From the NCBI GenBank assembly GCA_963678065.2, contig CAXXVZ010000005.1, forward strand, positions 1,024,001 through 1,088,000: 64,000 nucleotides of DNA, in the 5' to 3' direction. How positions within the stretch are numbered: the stretch's first letter is position 1; each line of letters opens with the position of its first letter. This document shows positions 19,381 through 30,535 of this stretch, piece after piece. Made by a program: the position numbers and the translations under genes. The notes under the pieces were generated by a model, which was not told the origin of the DNA, did no database searches, and saw only the letters and a program-made list of their open reading frames with translations. Source of the stretch: Treponemataceae bacterium (lineage in GTDB: Bacteria; Spirochaetota; Spirochaetia; Treponematales; Rectinemataceae).

Positions 19381-19415
19381 AGTCCTGCCTGATCCCGCCG
19401 GCGATGGCAATGCGC
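19381..19415 (+). repeat. 35-bp direct repeat, copy 2
   Basis: agtcctgcctgatcccgccggcgatggcaatgcgc. Confidence 0.9.
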
Positions 19416-19424
19416 GTCACCGTT

Positions 19425-20309
19425 TTATTGCTGCTCCGCGTGCCGTTTCGCGACCGGCACGATGCCCGCCATGTCGCCGATGACATTGACGAGATCCCCG
19501 TTGGCGGGCAGGACGATCTTGGCGTTGTTCTTGAGCGATTCCTCGACAGTCTGGAGGCGTTTCAGGAGCTGTGCGTTGCCGACGAAGTACATGTTCGCCG
19601 CCTCGTTCACGAGCTTGATCGCCTGGGCCTCGCCTTCGGCCTTGAGTATTTCTGCCTGCCTGATGCCCTCGGCTTTCTTGATCTCGGCGCGCTTCTGGCC
19701 GTCGGCCATTGTCTCTGTCGCCGTGGCGAAGTCGATGGCCGCTATCTTTTCGTTCTCGGCCTTGACGACCTTGTTCATGGTCTCCTGGACATCTTTGGGC
19801 GGGTCGATCTCCTTGAGCTCGGTGCGCACGACGTCGATGCCCCAGCTCTTCGTCTCGTTGAGAAGCGTCGCGAGGAGCTCCGAATTGATGCGCGAACGCT
19901 CGCTGTTGGCGCTCTTCAGCGTCATCGTGCCGATGATGTTGCGCAAGGTTGTCCGGGCGAGGTTGACGATCTGCCACTGATAGCGGTTCACGTTGTACTG
20001 GGAAGCCTTGACGCTCTCTTCGTCGAGCTTGACGCGGAAGTAGACCTGCGCGTCGACGCGGGCGTTGAGGTTGTCGTTGGTGATGATTTCCTGCGGCTCG
20101 GCGTCGACCATCTGCTCGGTGGTGTTGACCTGGAACATTCTCGTGATGACCGGAATGATCCAGTGGAAGCCCGGCTCGGCGAAACCCTTGTACTTGCCGA
20201 GTGTTTCGATGAGTCCGCGGTGCGTAGGGCGGATTATCCTGATGCCGGAAAAAAACAGCACGACGATCGCGGCCAGAATGAAATACAGAAAGAATGATGA
20301 AACTGACAT
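19425..20309 (-). CDS. SPFH/band-7 (stomatin-like) membrane protein
   Basis: N-terminal TM, PGFHWIIP, QEIITNDN, TTLRNIIG, WGIDV.R.E, AEG repeats. Confidence 0.9.
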   Translation of the reverse strand: MSVSSFFLYFILAAIVVLFFSGIRIIRPTHRGLIETLGKYKGFAEPGFHWIIPVITRMFQVNTTEQMVDAEPQEIITNDNLNARVDAQVYFRVKLDEESVKASQYNVNRYQWQIVNLARTTLRNIIGTMTLKSANSERSRINSELLATLLNETKSWGIDVVRTELKEIDPPKDVQETMNKVVKAENEKIAAIDFATATETMADGQKRAEIKKAEGIRQAEILKAEGEAQAIKLVNEAANMYFVGNAQLLKRLQTVEESLKNNAKIVLPANGDLVNVIGDMAGIVPVAKRHAEQQ

Positions 20310-20350
20310 GACTCCTCCGGCGCGATCCGAACCCGGATCGCGCTAGTTCA

Positions 20351-20379
20351 ACAGTACGACTGCCCGTACCGCAGGTCAA
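20351..20379 (-). promoter_or_regulatory. sigma70-type promoter of the SPFH gene
   Basis: TTGACC-17-TACTGT, followed by a 10-bp-stem hairpin (20320-20343) and a GGAGGAG RBS. Confidence 0.55.
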
Positions 20380-20507
20380 CTCTGGATGCTAAAAAAACTT
20401 CGTCGCTTCGGCTTTTGCGACCCCGGCCGTCGTCGACCCGGGAATCCGGCCTTGAGGCCGCGGATCATCCCGCCAGCCGACAGGAGAATGCACATCCGGC
20501 TACGGAA

Positions 20508-22340
20508 CTACTTCTTGTCGCGCAGACTCGTTTTGCGCTCCATGGCCGGAAGAATCGTCTTGCGCAGGCGGATGGATTTGGGTGTCACCTCGACCATCTC
20601 GTCTTCCTGCAGGAGCAGAACAGCCCGTTCGAGGGTCATGGCCTGGATCGGCGTCAGGGTCAGGGCCTCGTCCTTCAGGACCGAGCGCATGTTGGAGAGT
20701 TTCTTTTCCTTGGCGGGATTCACGTTCAGATCCGAATCGAGGTTGTGCTCGCCGATGATCATGCCCTCGTAGACCGGGTCCCCGGGAACGACGAAGAGGC
20801 GGCCGCGCGGCTCGAGGTGATAAAGGCCGTAGGTGACGGCCTTTCCGCTCCGGTCGGACACGAGGAAGCCCGTGAAGCGGTCGTTGAAGTCGCCGCGGTA
20901 TTCCTCGTATCCGGAGAGGTAGGAGTTCATGATGCCCGTTCCCTTGGTGTCCGTGAGAAAGGTGTCGCGGTAACCGATGAGGGCGCGCGCCGGAACGGAG
21001 AACTCGAGGTGCACGCGGCCGCCGTCGTGACAGGTGTAGGAAAGCATGCGGCCCTTGCGCGCCGACACTTTGTCCGTGACGATGCCCGCGAAAATCTCGT
21101 TGCAGTCGACGAAAAGATGCTCGATGGGTTCGAGCTTCTGTCCACCCTTGTACTTGAAGATGACTTCGGGCCGGCCCACGCAGATCTCGTAATCCTCGCG
21201 CCTGAGCATCTCGATCAGGATGACGAGCTGGAACTCTCCCCTGCCCCGGACGATGAATCCGCCGCCGACCTTCGCCTCCTCGACCTGGATGGACACATTT
21301 TTCAGGGTTTCCTTGCGAAGCCTTTCGAAGAGCTTCATGGACTGGACGTTTTTGCCCTCAAGACCGGAGAGCGGCGAGGTGTTCACGGTAAACAGCATGG
21401 AGACGGTCGGCTCGTCGATGACGATCCGCGGCAGGGCCTTCGGAGCGTCGCGGGTGCAGATGGTGTCCCCGATGTGGACGTTTTCGATGCCGGAGAGGAC
21501 GATGATGTCGCCGGGCTCGGCGCCCTCGGTCTCCACGAGCTTGACGCCCGAGTAGGTGTGCAGCTTGGAGATGTTCAGGGCCTCGCGGAGATCGCCCTCC
21601 CCGATGCAGACGAGGCTGTCTTTGGAGTGTGCCCGGCCGTTTATCACCTTGCCGATAGCCTGACGGCCGAAGTAGTCGGAGTAGGAAAGGTCGGAAACGA
21701 GCATCTGAAAGGGTTCGTCCGAAGTGTAGGCGGGAGGATCGAGCTTTTCCACGATGGCATCGAAGAGCGGATGCAGATTGTCGCCGGGGCCCTCCAGGGT
21801 ATTCTTCGCGATGCCGGCCTTGCCGATCGCGTAGAGCAGGGGGAACTCGAGCTGCTCCTCATTCGCGCCCAGGTCGATGAAGAGATCGTATATCTCGCTC
21901 AGGACCTCGGCGGGCCGCGCGTCCGGCCGGTCGATCTTGTTGATGACAACGATGATGGCGAGGCCCCCCTCGAGGGCCTTTTTCAGCACGAAGCGGGTCT
22001 GCGGCAGGGGTCCTTCGGACGCGTCGACGAGGAGGATGGCGCCGTCCACCATGGACAGCGCCCGCTCGACTTCGCCGCCGAAGTCGGCGTGGCCCGGGGT
22101 GTCCAGGATATTGATCTTGATGCCTTTCCACACGACCGAGCAGTTTTTCGCGGCTATGGTGATCCCGCGCTCGCGCTCCAGGTCCATGCTGTCCATGAGC
22201 CGCTCCGGCGCTTCCTGCCCTTCGCGGAACACGCCGGACTGTCTGAACATGGCATCGACGAGGGTGGTTTTCCCGTGGTCGACATGGGCGATGATGGCGA
22301 TATTCCGGATGGCGGGATTCGATGCGTCTTTATGGAGCAA
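20508..22340 (-). CDS. typA: Translational GTPase TypA/BipA
   Basis: IRNIAIIAHVDHGKTTL, RERGITI, DTPGHADFGGEVER, NKID, GRGE, KKLSNMRS, EVTPKSIRLRK. Confidence 0.96.
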   Translation of the reverse strand: MLHKDASNPAIRNIAIIAHVDHGKTTLVDAMFRQSGVFREGQEAPERLMDSMDLERERGITIAAKNCSVVWKGIKINILDTPGHADFGGEVERALSMVDGAILLVDASEGPLPQTRFVLKKALEGGLAIIVVINKIDRPDARPAEVLSEIYDLFIDLGANEEQLEFPLLYAIGKAGIAKNTLEGPGDNLHPLFDAIVEKLDPPAYTSDEPFQMLVSDLSYSDYFGRQAIGKVINGRAHSKDSLVCIGEGDLREALNISKLHTYSGVKLVETEGAEPGDIIVLSGIENVHIGDTICTRDAPKALPRIVIDEPTVSMLFTVNTSPLSGLEGKNVQSMKLFERLRKETLKNVSIQVEEAKVGGGFIVRGRGEFQLVILIEMLRREDYEICVGRPEVIFKYKGGQKLEPIEHLFVDCNEIFAGIVTDKVSARKGRMLSYTCHDGGRVHLEFSVPARALIGYRDTFLTDTKGTGIMNSYLSGYEEYRGDFNDRFTGFLVSDRSGKAVTYGLYHLEPRGRLFVVPGDPVYEGMIIGEHNLDSDLNVNPAKEKKLSNMRSVLKDEALTLTPIQAMTLERAVLLLQEDEMVEVTPKSIRLRKTILPAMERKTSLRDKK

Positions 22341-22526
22341 GAGGGATTCCTGGTTTCGTTCGATTCGGCTGAGGATGGAACCATCATAGCGAGAAGCGCG
22401 GGGTTCGAATAGCGTGGGAGTTTATCGGGGTCTGGATTGGGAGATACCTGCGATCCGGGCCCCGAAGCACGATGCAGGAATAACCTTTTCTTGTTCATAT
22501 CCCGAATTTCGGAAATGCGCTCCGCG

Positions 22527-23015
22527 CTAGCGGTGATTCTTCAGTTTTTCCGCGAGAGCGAGCCTCGCATCGCGCCGGATGCCCGCCTGCTCATAGCGGC
22601 GGACCTGATCGGGCGTTTCGGGGATGACAGGCCGGACCCTGACGGGTTTGCCTTCCCGGTCTATCGCCACGAAGGTGAGATACGCCGGGCATATCAATCT
22701 CTCTTCCGTATCGCCTGGCATCAATCCCGTGACGCGCACGCCCACTTCCATCGAAGTGGTAAAAACACGGTTCACCGATGCCCGGATGGAAAGAATGGTC
22801 GCTTGGGGAGCGGGATTCTTGAATACGAGCTGGTCCACCGACACGGTGACCACGCTATTCCCGGAATGGCGATACGCTGCGATTCCAGCGGCCTTGTCAA
22901 CCAAGGACATAAGGTGGCCGCCGAACACCGATCCGTGCACATTCACGTCGAATGGCTGCACTATCTCCGTCGTTTCCACGAAGGAAGACGATACGGGTTT
23001 CCCTTCCTGTTCCAT
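22527..23015 (-). CDS. Hotdog-fold acyl-CoA thioesterase (YciA-like)
   Basis: N.HGSVFGG.LMSLVD, VVTVSVD, TSMEVGV, YLTFVAID. Confidence 0.9.
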   Translation of the reverse strand: MEQEGKPVSSSFVETTEIVQPFDVNVHGSVFGGHLMSLVDKAAGIAAYRHSGNSVVTVSVDQLVFKNPAPQATILSIRASVNRVFTTSMEVGVRVTGLMPGDTEERLICPAYLTFVAIDREGKPVRVRPVIPETPDQVRRYEQAGIRRDARLALAEKLKNHR

Positions 23016-23294
23016 GGTACCTGCCTGAAATATGTATCCGGTCGCCGCGGCCGGAGAAATGGGCGTCTTTTGCCTTCAAAGAATACCTTTTCCGCGCGTA
23101 CTTTCACAAGCGACATCGATGGCAGCAAAGGCAAAAAGCAGTACAGCGCGCTACGGCAGCAGACGACCGAAAGAACGGGCGCGGTCAGGAGAATTCTCCG
23201 CCCTTCGAGCGAGGTTCCGCTTTCCCGGAAAGGCAAATAAATGCCTCGAAGGGCACGGCATCGGCACTTCGACCTCTTGTCGCGTCGCCCGGGA

Positions 23295-24500
23295 TCAGGC
23301 GGTCCTTTTCTTTCCCTGAACGTTGAGGACGGCGAAAAGCGCCGCGCAGACGAGACAGACGCCGAAATCCGCGAGGAAGCCCGCAGTCATAGTCGAGGCC
23401 TGAATCACCGCGCCGATGATGAAGGGACCGGCCGATTGGCCTATATCCATGATCGAACTCAGCGCGCCCATCGAGGCGCCGAGATTCTCTCTCTCGGCCA
23501 CGTCGGAGACGTAGGTGCTGGTCGCGACGGTCGAGAATGAAAGCCCGACGCCGAATACGATGCCGATCGCCGTGGCCGCTGCGATTCCTGAAACCACCGG
23601 GATCAGGGCGAAGGATCCGCCGAGGACGACGATGCCGACCAGAATCTGGATACGGCGGTCGATACGGTCGGAAAGATGGCCGAAGAAGGGTTTCGTGAGG
23701 GCGATCGCCAGTATCTGGAGCGAAAAGATAAACCCGATCTGGTAGGGCAGGAGACCTTTCCCCTGGAGATAGAGAGGAAGGTAGGTTTCGAAGGCTCCGT
23801 AGGTAAAATACGTAGCCATCTCGACCAGGGCCGTACCGAGCAGCCTGCCGTTCGTCACGAAAGCATGGAGGCTCGAGCCGAAATCCCCGAGTGTCACTCT
23901 CTTGATTCCCGATTCGGCCGATCTGTCGTTCGGCATCAGGAACGAAAGGATGAACACGGGAATGGCGAGGATGAAGGCCGCGGCATAGACGAGTCGGTAG
24001 TTCCAGCCGCCGGAAAAAGTCGAGAACAGGGAGATTATCGCCCCGCCGAGTATCGGCGCGAGGGTCCGCCCCACGAGGGTCGCCGAGGAATAGATGCCGA
24101 GCATCTGACCCTTCTTTTCTCTGTATTCGCTCAGGATAATGGCCGCTGACACGGGACCGAGAATGGCCGTCGCGATGCCGTGGAAGAATCGGATGGGAAT
24201 GAACCACCAGGGACTCGCGACGAGAAGGTAGAAGAGCGGAGCCAAAAGAAAGACGAAGGCGGAAACGATGAGGAGCCGTTTTTTGCCAAGCCGGTCCGCG
24301 AGGAGTCCGACAGGAAAGCTGAAAAGGATTCCCGCCAAGGGCGATATGGCCGCGATGATGCCGATAACGTCGGTCCCCGCGTTCATCGATCTCATGAAAA
24401 GCGGCAAAACGGGATTTTTCGAAATGGTGGTCGAAAAGATTCCGAAGAATCCGACCGTCGAAAGAAGCGATATGACGGTTGCTTTCGTTTTTCCTTTCAT
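23295..24500 (-). CDS. MFS transporter
   Basis: GLLADRLGKK and GHLSDRIDRR motif A; about 12 TM segments. Confidence 0.9.
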   Translation of the reverse strand: MKGKTKATVISLLSTVGFFGIFSTTISKNPVLPLFMRSMNAGTDVIGIIAAISPLAGILFSFPVGLLADRLGKKRLLIVSAFVFLLAPLFYLLVASPWWFIPIRFFHGIATAILGPVSAAIILSEYREKKGQMLGIYSSATLVGRTLAPILGGAIISLFSTFSGGWNYRLVYAAAFILAIPVFILSFLMPNDRSAESGIKRVTLGDFGSSLHAFVTNGRLLGTALVEMATYFTYGAFETYLPLYLQGKGLLPYQIGFIFSLQILAIALTKPFFGHLSDRIDRRIQILVGIVVLGGSFALIPVVSGIAAATAIGIVFGVGLSFSTVATSTYVSDVAERENLGASMGALSSIMDIGQSAGPFIIGAVIQASTMTAGFLADFGVCLVCAALFAVLNVQGKKRTA

Positions 24501-24563
24501 GACCGATCTCCACGCGATGCTGAACCTGCGTCAGGGATGGCAGAAGGCCATCCCCGATCCCGA

Positions 24564-26699
24564 TCAATAGTCACTCAGACTTGATGCCGGCAGAATCTCT
24601 CCGGCTTCGACAGGTCCACCATATTTCGTGATACTGACCCACACCGAGACGATACCGCTCCACTTCTCGCTGCTCCCCGTGCGTGTTCCGCTCACCCGGA
24701 GATAGACGGTGGCCGAAGATGGATGCATGGCCTTGGGCGCGACGTTGCTGAATTCCCTTTGTGTGCGCTCTATACTGCTGAATTGTATTTCCTCTGCCGT
24801 CACCCCGGGATTTTTGAACACTTTCTGGCTTCGGGCGAAGGCCAGAGCCCGTTCGATCGCCTCTTTGTCGCCGATCGGCCGAAGCACCGTCATCGTCGTT
24901 TTACCCTCATAGAGCTTGCGCCAGAGACCGCTGGTCACGTCGGCCACCTCCAGCCCGACGGTAAAGATTCCCTCTTTGGGGAATTTGTGCTTCATCTGGA
25001 TCTGAAGCGGTTTGTCCAGCGGCTTGTCGTAGGGATAATCGATGGTTCTGGTGCCGTCGCCGAAGGTCCACACGTAGGATAGCTTCTTTACGGTCGCAGG
25101 CGGGGGATCGGCAGTACCGGCGAAGGCGTACTCGACATCGACTCCGCCCAACTCGTAATTGTCGGGGTATATCTTCACGGTACCCATTTCCTCCGAGTGA
25201 ACCATAACTCCCCCTATGCTCATCCGCAGGGTGAAGTTTAACGCGTTGCTCAGGGTTCGCGGGTCCATCGCGCTCAGGTCGACGGAAATTTTACCGTTTT
25301 CCACCTTCAGCGTGTAGGCGCTCTGCGGCTGGACATTGCCATTGATCGCGAGCTCGTACTTGTCGTCAGGCCCGCCCGAGTAGAATAATTCCTTGGTCTG
25401 GGCTCCGTAGGGGGTATGTTTGACGAGGCCGGTGAGAATTTTCTTATCCCGGTCGAAGGCGTCGAGTTTTATTTCCACGCGCGGCACATACCAATCGATG
25501 AGTCGTACATTGGCAGCGATCGCGATGGGGATCAGAATACCCGCCTGTTCGCGCACGCTTTCGTACGAGATCGCGATCCGGTTCATCGGCTCGCCCCATC
25601 CCTGCTCGCCGAGCCAGGTCCGGTGGGCCAGGCTCACCTTTACACCGTCGAAATCGCCATAGAAGTAGCCGGAGTCCTCATCGAAATTCAGGTTTTCGAG
25701 CTTCGGGGCTTCGTAGTCGGGCCGGCCGTTGGCGTTGTGGAAGTCTTGGCCGCGGAAGCTGCCGGAAATGGTATCCGCCGAGAAGAATCGTCGATTGGTG
25801 AAGCGGGCCACCTTGTCGAAAAGATCCATGGGATCTGTCGCATTCGCGATGAAGGGCTTCATGTTCGACACAAGCGCTCCGGCGCCGGCAGTCTCCGCGA
25901 CGCGGGGAATGCAGAGCAGCTCGTAGGGATCGTTTCTCAATAGCCCCAGATTGGCATCGGCGTTCCCCAGACCGATATAGTCGTAAATGGCCCGACCCGG
26001 ATGGGAGTCATTGCGCACATGCGGCACGCATGTCATGTCGGCTATCAGATGCATGGTCTCGCCGAGCGCGCGCCACGACTTCGCGAACAGCTTGTTTTTA
26101 TTGCTGGTCTTGTCGGCGAAACCCTGCGCCATGGCCAGCGCGCCCTCCTTCCAGCTGTATTCGTTGGGGCGGATTCCGTTGTTCTGCGTTCCGTTTATGG
26201 CCCAGTCGCGCGCATCCACCCGCGGATTGACCGAAGACGTGAAGGCGGCGAAGGGACTGCGGGTTACCGCGAAAATGGCGGTGCGGTAGACGTAGTCGAG
26301 CTCTTTCAGGTGATCGGTCAGGTACGAAACGCCATCAGCCTGTACCGGGTCGTAAAAATGCCGGAACGAGTTGTACAGCTCGGGCTCGTCAGCGGTAAAC
26401 CCGCCTTCGACGATCCACCAGTCGAAGGTGCCGTTCTCCGGACCTTCGCGTATGATTTCAAGGCCCGCCTCCCGCACCGCGACGCCGGTCAGAAGCGGGC
26501 TTTTGGCCGTTTCCAGGCTGGCGAGATATTTTTTGCGCGCTTCGTCGGATCCGGTTCCGGCAAGCCACGACTTGATGGCCATTTCGTTGATCTTCCGATG
26601 CGTGCCGAATGCTGTTGTGCGGTCCACCCCGCCGCAGTCGTAAGCCCAGGCTCCGGCCGTGAGGCCGAGGATCATACAGACAAGCAGTGCTCGTTTCAT
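24564..26699 (-). CDS. Secreted protein: Zn-dependent phospholipase C/P1-nuclease-like N-terminal domain + PKD-like domain
   Basis: Signal peptide ending AWA; GTH, ADEP, RHFYDP, LGETMHLIADM..PHVRNDSH, YE ligands; YVWTFGDGT..HKF..G.F.V.LEV PKD motif. Confidence 0.6.
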   Translation of the reverse strand: MKRALLVCMILGLTAGAWAYDCGGVDRTTAFGTHRKINEMAIKSWLAGTGSDEARKKYLASLETAKSPLLTGVAVREAGLEIIREGPENGTFDWWIVEGGFTADEPELYNSFRHFYDPVQADGVSYLTDHLKELDYVYRTAIFAVTRSPFAAFTSSVNPRVDARDWAINGTQNNGIRPNEYSWKEGALAMAQGFADKTSNKNKLFAKSWRALGETMHLIADMTCVPHVRNDSHPGRAIYDYIGLGNADANLGLLRNDPYELLCIPRVAETAGAGALVSNMKPFIANATDPMDLFDKVARFTNRRFFSADTISGSFRGQDFHNANGRPDYEAPKLENLNFDEDSGYFYGDFDGVKVSLAHRTWLGEQGWGEPMNRIAISYESVREQAGILIPIAIAANVRLIDWYVPRVEIKLDAFDRDKKILTGLVKHTPYGAQTKELFYSGGPDDKYELAINGNVQPQSAYTLKVENGKISVDLSAMDPRTLSNALNFTLRMSIGGVMVHSEEMGTVKIYPDNYELGGVDVEYAFAGTADPPPATVKKLSYVWTFGDGTRTIDYPYDKPLDKPLQIQMKHKFPKEGIFTVGLEVADVTSGLWRKLYEGKTTMTVLRPIGDKEAIERALAFARSQKVFKNPGVTAEEIQFSSIERTQREFSNVAPKAMHPSSATVYLRVSGTRTGSSEKWSGIVSVWVSITKYGGPVEAGEILPASSLSDY

Positions 26700-26725
26700 A
26701 GCTGCCTCTTTTCCCTCAAACGATG

Positions 26726-29700
26726 TCAGAACCGTGCCAGGAACCAGCGATCGCCCAGCTTTTCAAGTACGACGATGTAGTTCCGGCCGCGCTCGGTCAC
26801 CGCATACTCCGCGTAGGAGCCCTCTTCCATGACGAGCCTGGCCGAGGAGAGCATCGTGAAGAGGCGGTTCATCGCTTCGGGATGCTGGGTGAATACTGTC
26901 TGATAATCTTTCCGGAAGGCGGGAGTGACTACCTGCGCAGCCGTCGAAGGATCCCCGCTTGCCATGGCCGCTCCGATCCCCTGCAGCGCAGTCGCCCGCG
27001 TTCCGGATGGACCGGGAATCGGGGGGAGCGTATCGCCGGCGGGCGGCTTCGGCGCGGACTCGGGGGACTTCGGCGTGGGCTCGGGCGGCTTGACGGCAGT
27101 CGCGGCAGCGGCCGGAATGGCGCCCAGGTAACGCAGTCTCATCGAACCAGTCATTGCGGGGTGAATATTGTACCGCGCGCCCCATCCATCGTCGTCGGGG
27201 ATATCTCCGACATAGATCGGCTTCCCCGACAAAATCATGGACATGGCAAGGTTCTTCTCTACCTTGCCATTCACGGACAGCGACACAGCGTTCTCCCCAA
27301 TATCTATATCCAGGGCCGCGTCGACACCCGGACTCAAGACCGAATCCGCCGCGATGACATGCCATCCGTTGGGAACCCTGACGGGGCTCTGCCTGCCTGG
27401 ATCGTAAATCTGGAAAATGGGTTTGCCGGAGCCATCGATCAACAGAATGAAGGATCCAAGAGGAGCGGCATTGATACCGACGGTATCCAGTATCGTGCCA
27501 GGCTTCGTATAGTTGACGGTCAGGGAAATACGCAGATTGCTTCGGGGATAATCCTTGGCGAGCAGCGAAGAAAAGGAGGGGCCGGTCATGGTAAACCCCT
27601 CTGATTTTTTTCTCATCCAGCGGAATTCGTATTTTCCGCTTCGACTGTCCGTGTACCGGCCCTCCAGTGTGTCAGAATCCAGGAGGGTTCCCTCGAACTC
27701 GGCCGTATAGTTTTTCGGCGCGTCGACATAGCGCATTCGGACAAGGATGCGGCCTCCGTCCGATACGAGCTCTCCGGTATAGCTTCCATAGAGTCCCGTG
27801 CCATAGCGGGCGGTGAAGCGGTTCCCTCCCGAAGGAGTTATATCCACCGGGTAGGGAGCCTCGACCGGCTGCATCCGGCCGTCCCAGGTCGCGTCGTATA
27901 CATAATCCCAGCGCCCGGCAAGAAAGCCGGCATCGGGATCGGGGGCTGCCGGAACCACCGGAGTAAGCGGCGCCGGCTGGGCTGCCGCGACGGCCTCAGA
28001 GCTGCCGGCGCAGCGGAAACCGCAATTGTAGTACATCCCGGAAGGCGGAGCCGCGTCCCTGTAATCTATCCGGAAATAGCGTGCCTCATCGCGATACCAC
28101 GAGCCGCCGTGCTGTACACAATCGCTGCCGCTGGATGGCGGATTCAGGTCGCCTTTCCGATATCGATCGTACGCGCCGCCCGCGAACCAGTCGGCGCACC
28201 ACTCCCACACATTCCCTACCATCTGGTACAAGCCCCAGGGACTGCGCCCCTCGGGGTATGACCAGACATCGGCGGTAGTCTCCTGGCCCCGGTTGGTCTT
28301 ATTCCGGCAGAGTCGCGCATCCCAGGTATCGCCCCAGGGGAATATCCTGCCATCTGTACCGCGGGCGCCTTTCTCCCACTCGAGTTCGGTGGGCAGACGC
28401 AGCCCGGCCCAGTCGCAATACGCCTTCGCTCCGTACCACGACACCATCACGACAGGGTGATCGGCCTTGCCGCCATATGCCTCATATCCGGAGCCGGCTT
28501 TTCGCACGAAACAGTCTCCATTGAGATTGATCCACTTCTTCAATTCTTCTTGACCAGGTCGCTTCGCGGTCAGGAATTTCGCATATTGCCCATTTGTGAC
28601 CGGATGAAGCGCCAGATAGAATGCAGGAAGGGTGACGGAAAACTTCGCCTCTCCCGCGAGAAAGCTCCCCGCGGGAATCTGAACCAGCTTCGTCCCGTCA
28701 GTCGGATTAGTCCGGACCGCCGCGGTATCCACATCTTCCGCGGGCCGGTCGCCCGGCCCCGGTGGAACTTCCCGGGTACCGCCGACGGTAAGCGGATAGA
28801 TTTCCACTTCATCCAGGTGAAGCCAGGTCTTCTCGTCAAGCTGCAGCCGGACGAAACGCGCGGGTTCGCCCTGGAGGACGACCCGCAAGGGATTTCCGTC
28901 AGTCCCTCCGATGGGCGCGCCGTTGTGCCGATATACGATTTTCCAGCCGGAGCCATCGGTTGACACCAGTACCTGCAAGGTCCTCAGCCGCTCGGGATTG
29001 AAATCGATACGGTTGAACACACGGATCTCGCCCAACATAAACACCGACCCCAGATCCACCTGCCACCAGGGATTAACCTCGTTATCCGTATGGAATCCAA
29101 AACTTCCGTTCTTTATGCCATCGACGGCACCCTGCGGATCGTTTGCGTTCGACCAGGACGATCGGCTCGACTGGCTTGCCGGGCGTCCCTTCGCGATATT
29201 GGCAGCGGCGTTCTCGCCGACCGATGCGTACTCAAAGATCTCGACTTCCTTCACTTGAGGCCCGTTGCCTGTCGACTCGCACCAGATCCTCAGCTTTTGC
29301 AGGCTCTTTCCAATATTTACCTTGTACCACTCTTCCCGTGGCGTCGGGATGAGGCTACCGACGGCCTGCCACACCCCGTTCTCCCATACATCCACCCTGA
29401 ATGCGCTCAGGAAGCTGGTGGACGGATCAGCCGCGATGTAGCGGTCCGGTTGTAGCTGCAGATGCGCGACATTCCGGGGGGTTTTGAAGTCGACGACGAT
29501 CCAGCCCGTTTTTGTGCCGCCCGCCGCGCACCATCCCGAGTTCTGTCCGAGATCCCCGTCGAATGCCTTGATCGCCGTGTAGCCGTTGTAGACGGAAGAA
29601 GCCGACAGAAGGTCTTCCGTGATTTTTATTTTCCGGATATCCGGCGATCCCGAATTCGGTACAGGCTGTTTTACCGGATTTTGCCCCGGAGACTCCCCTG

Positions 29701-30535
29701 CCGGCTTCTGGCCGGAGCCGCTCCCCGGGACTGCTGCGCCCGTCCCCTTCCCTGAAGCCGTTCCCGGCCGTACTCCGGCAGCCTTCCCCGTTTCATCCCA
29801 CCGATAGACATACACGTAGCCCAGGGCGTTCTGGTGATGGAGAACGATCGCGCGGAGATAGATTTTACCCATCTGGCGATACTCGCCGAACAGAGCGTTC
29901 AATCCGGGTACCGACACACTCCCCTTTATGGTTTTGGTTCGGGCTTCAGGGTCTGTGAGGTTCAGGGTGATTTGCCCGAATCCGAGGTTGAAACTCGTGC
30001 CGGCTCCAGGCATCGTCAGATCGATATCCGAATAAAAAACAGCTCCGAGATAGGAACCCCAGGTCTGATTGATTTTCGGGGTCGCGGCGAGGGACATCGA
30101 GATCGTTTCTCCGGGCGTCATCGTCACAGGCGGCGAAGACCATGAAAAATCGATGACTTGCCTTGCGACGGGATTGCTTCCCCGGACAGTGACCTCGCTG
30201 GAAATCACTCCGGAAGACTCGCTCCAGGTCCAGGAATAGTTCTGGTCGGAACCACGCAGCTCGTAAGGGAGCGTCTCCGACAAAACCCAACGCCCGGTTT
30301 CCCGCGGACTCTGGGCCGTGACGGGCAATAGCCCGGAGAAAAGGAACAACGCCAGAATGAACGAACCCCGGAGCAGAGCTCCGAGGTATCGTTCGTTCTG
30401 TAAGGAATGGATTGTATGCGGGTCCATACCCGATAGGCACCTCACAAGAAAAGCGAAGCAGAGCTTCGGGGTATGGACCCGCCTGCGAATCAGCGCGATG
30501 ACAAAACCAGAATACTCGCGCCCACGTCGATTCAT
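26726..30535 (-). CDS. Large secreted multidomain protein: two discoidin/F5-8-type domains, FGE-sulfatase-type domain, further beta domains, Pro/Gly-rich linkers
   Basis: [76 protein letters not shown]; start uncertain (ATG 30535 has an AGGAG RBS; hydrophobic signal-like stretch about 50 aa later). Confidence 0.75.
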   Translation of the reverse strand: MNRRGREYSGFVIALIRRRVHTPKLCFAFLVRCLSGMDPHTIHSLQNERYLGALLRGSFILALFLFSGLLPVTAQSPRETGRWVLSETLPYELRGSDQNYSWTWSESSGVISSEVTVRGSNPVARQVIDFSWSSPPVTMTPGETISMSLAATPKINQTWGSYLGAVFYSDIDLTMPGAGTSFNLGFGQITLNLTDPEARTKTIKGSVSVPGLNALFGEYRQMGKIYLRAIVLHHQNALGYVYVYRWDETGKAAGVRPGTASGKGTGAAVPGSGSGQKPAGESPGQNPVKQPVPNSGSPDIRKIKITEDLLSASSVYNGYTAIKAFDGDLGQNSGWCAAGGTKTGWIVVDFKTPRNVAHLQLQPDRYIAADPSTSFLSAFRVDVWENGVWQAVGSLIPTPREEWYKVNIGKSLQKLRIWCESTGNGPQVKEVEIFEYASVGENAAANIAKGRPASQSSRSSWSNANDPQGAVDGIKNGSFGFHTDNEVNPWWQVDLGSVFMLGEIRVFNRIDFNPERLRTLQVLVSTDGSGWKIVYRHNGAPIGGTDGNPLRVVLQGEPARFVRLQLDEKTWLHLDEVEIYPLTVGGTREVPPGPGDRPAEDVDTAAVRTNPTDGTKLVQIPAGSFLAGEAKFSVTLPAFYLALHPVTNGQYAKFLTAKRPGQEELKKWINLNGDCFVRKAGSGYEAYGGKADHPVVMVSWYGAKAYCDWAGLRLPTELEWEKGARGTDGRIFPWGDTWDARLCRNKTNRGQETTADVWSYPEGRSPWGLYQMVGNVWEWCADWFAGGAYDRYRKGDLNPPSSGSDCVQHGGSWYRDEARYFRIDYRDAAPPSGMYYNCGFRCAGSSEAVAAAQPAPLTPVVPAAPDPDAGFLAGRWDYVYDATWDGRMQPVEAPYPVDITPSGGNRFTARYGTGLYGSYTGELVSDGGRILVRMRYVDAPKNYTAEFEGTLLDSDTLEGRYTDSRSGKYEFRWMRKKSEGFTMTGPSFSSLLAKDYPRSNLRISLTVNYTKPGTILDTVGINAAPLGSFILLIDGSGKPIFQIYDPGRQSPVRVPNGWHVIAADSVLSPGVDAALDIDIGENAVSLSVNGKVEKNLAMSMILSGKPIYVGDIPDDDGWGARYNIHPAMTGSMRLRYLGAIPAAAATAVKPPEPTPKSPESAPKPPAGDTLPPIPGPSGTRATALQGIGAAMASGDPSTAAQVVTPAFRKDYQTVFTQHPEAMNRLFTMLSSARLVMEEGSYAEYAVTERGRNYIVVLEKLGDRWFLARF

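Noticed and set aside
27030..27110. Short DNA repeats (ggcttcggcg-like)
   Set aside because: They encode a Pro-rich linker ([17 protein letters not shown]) inside the large CDS
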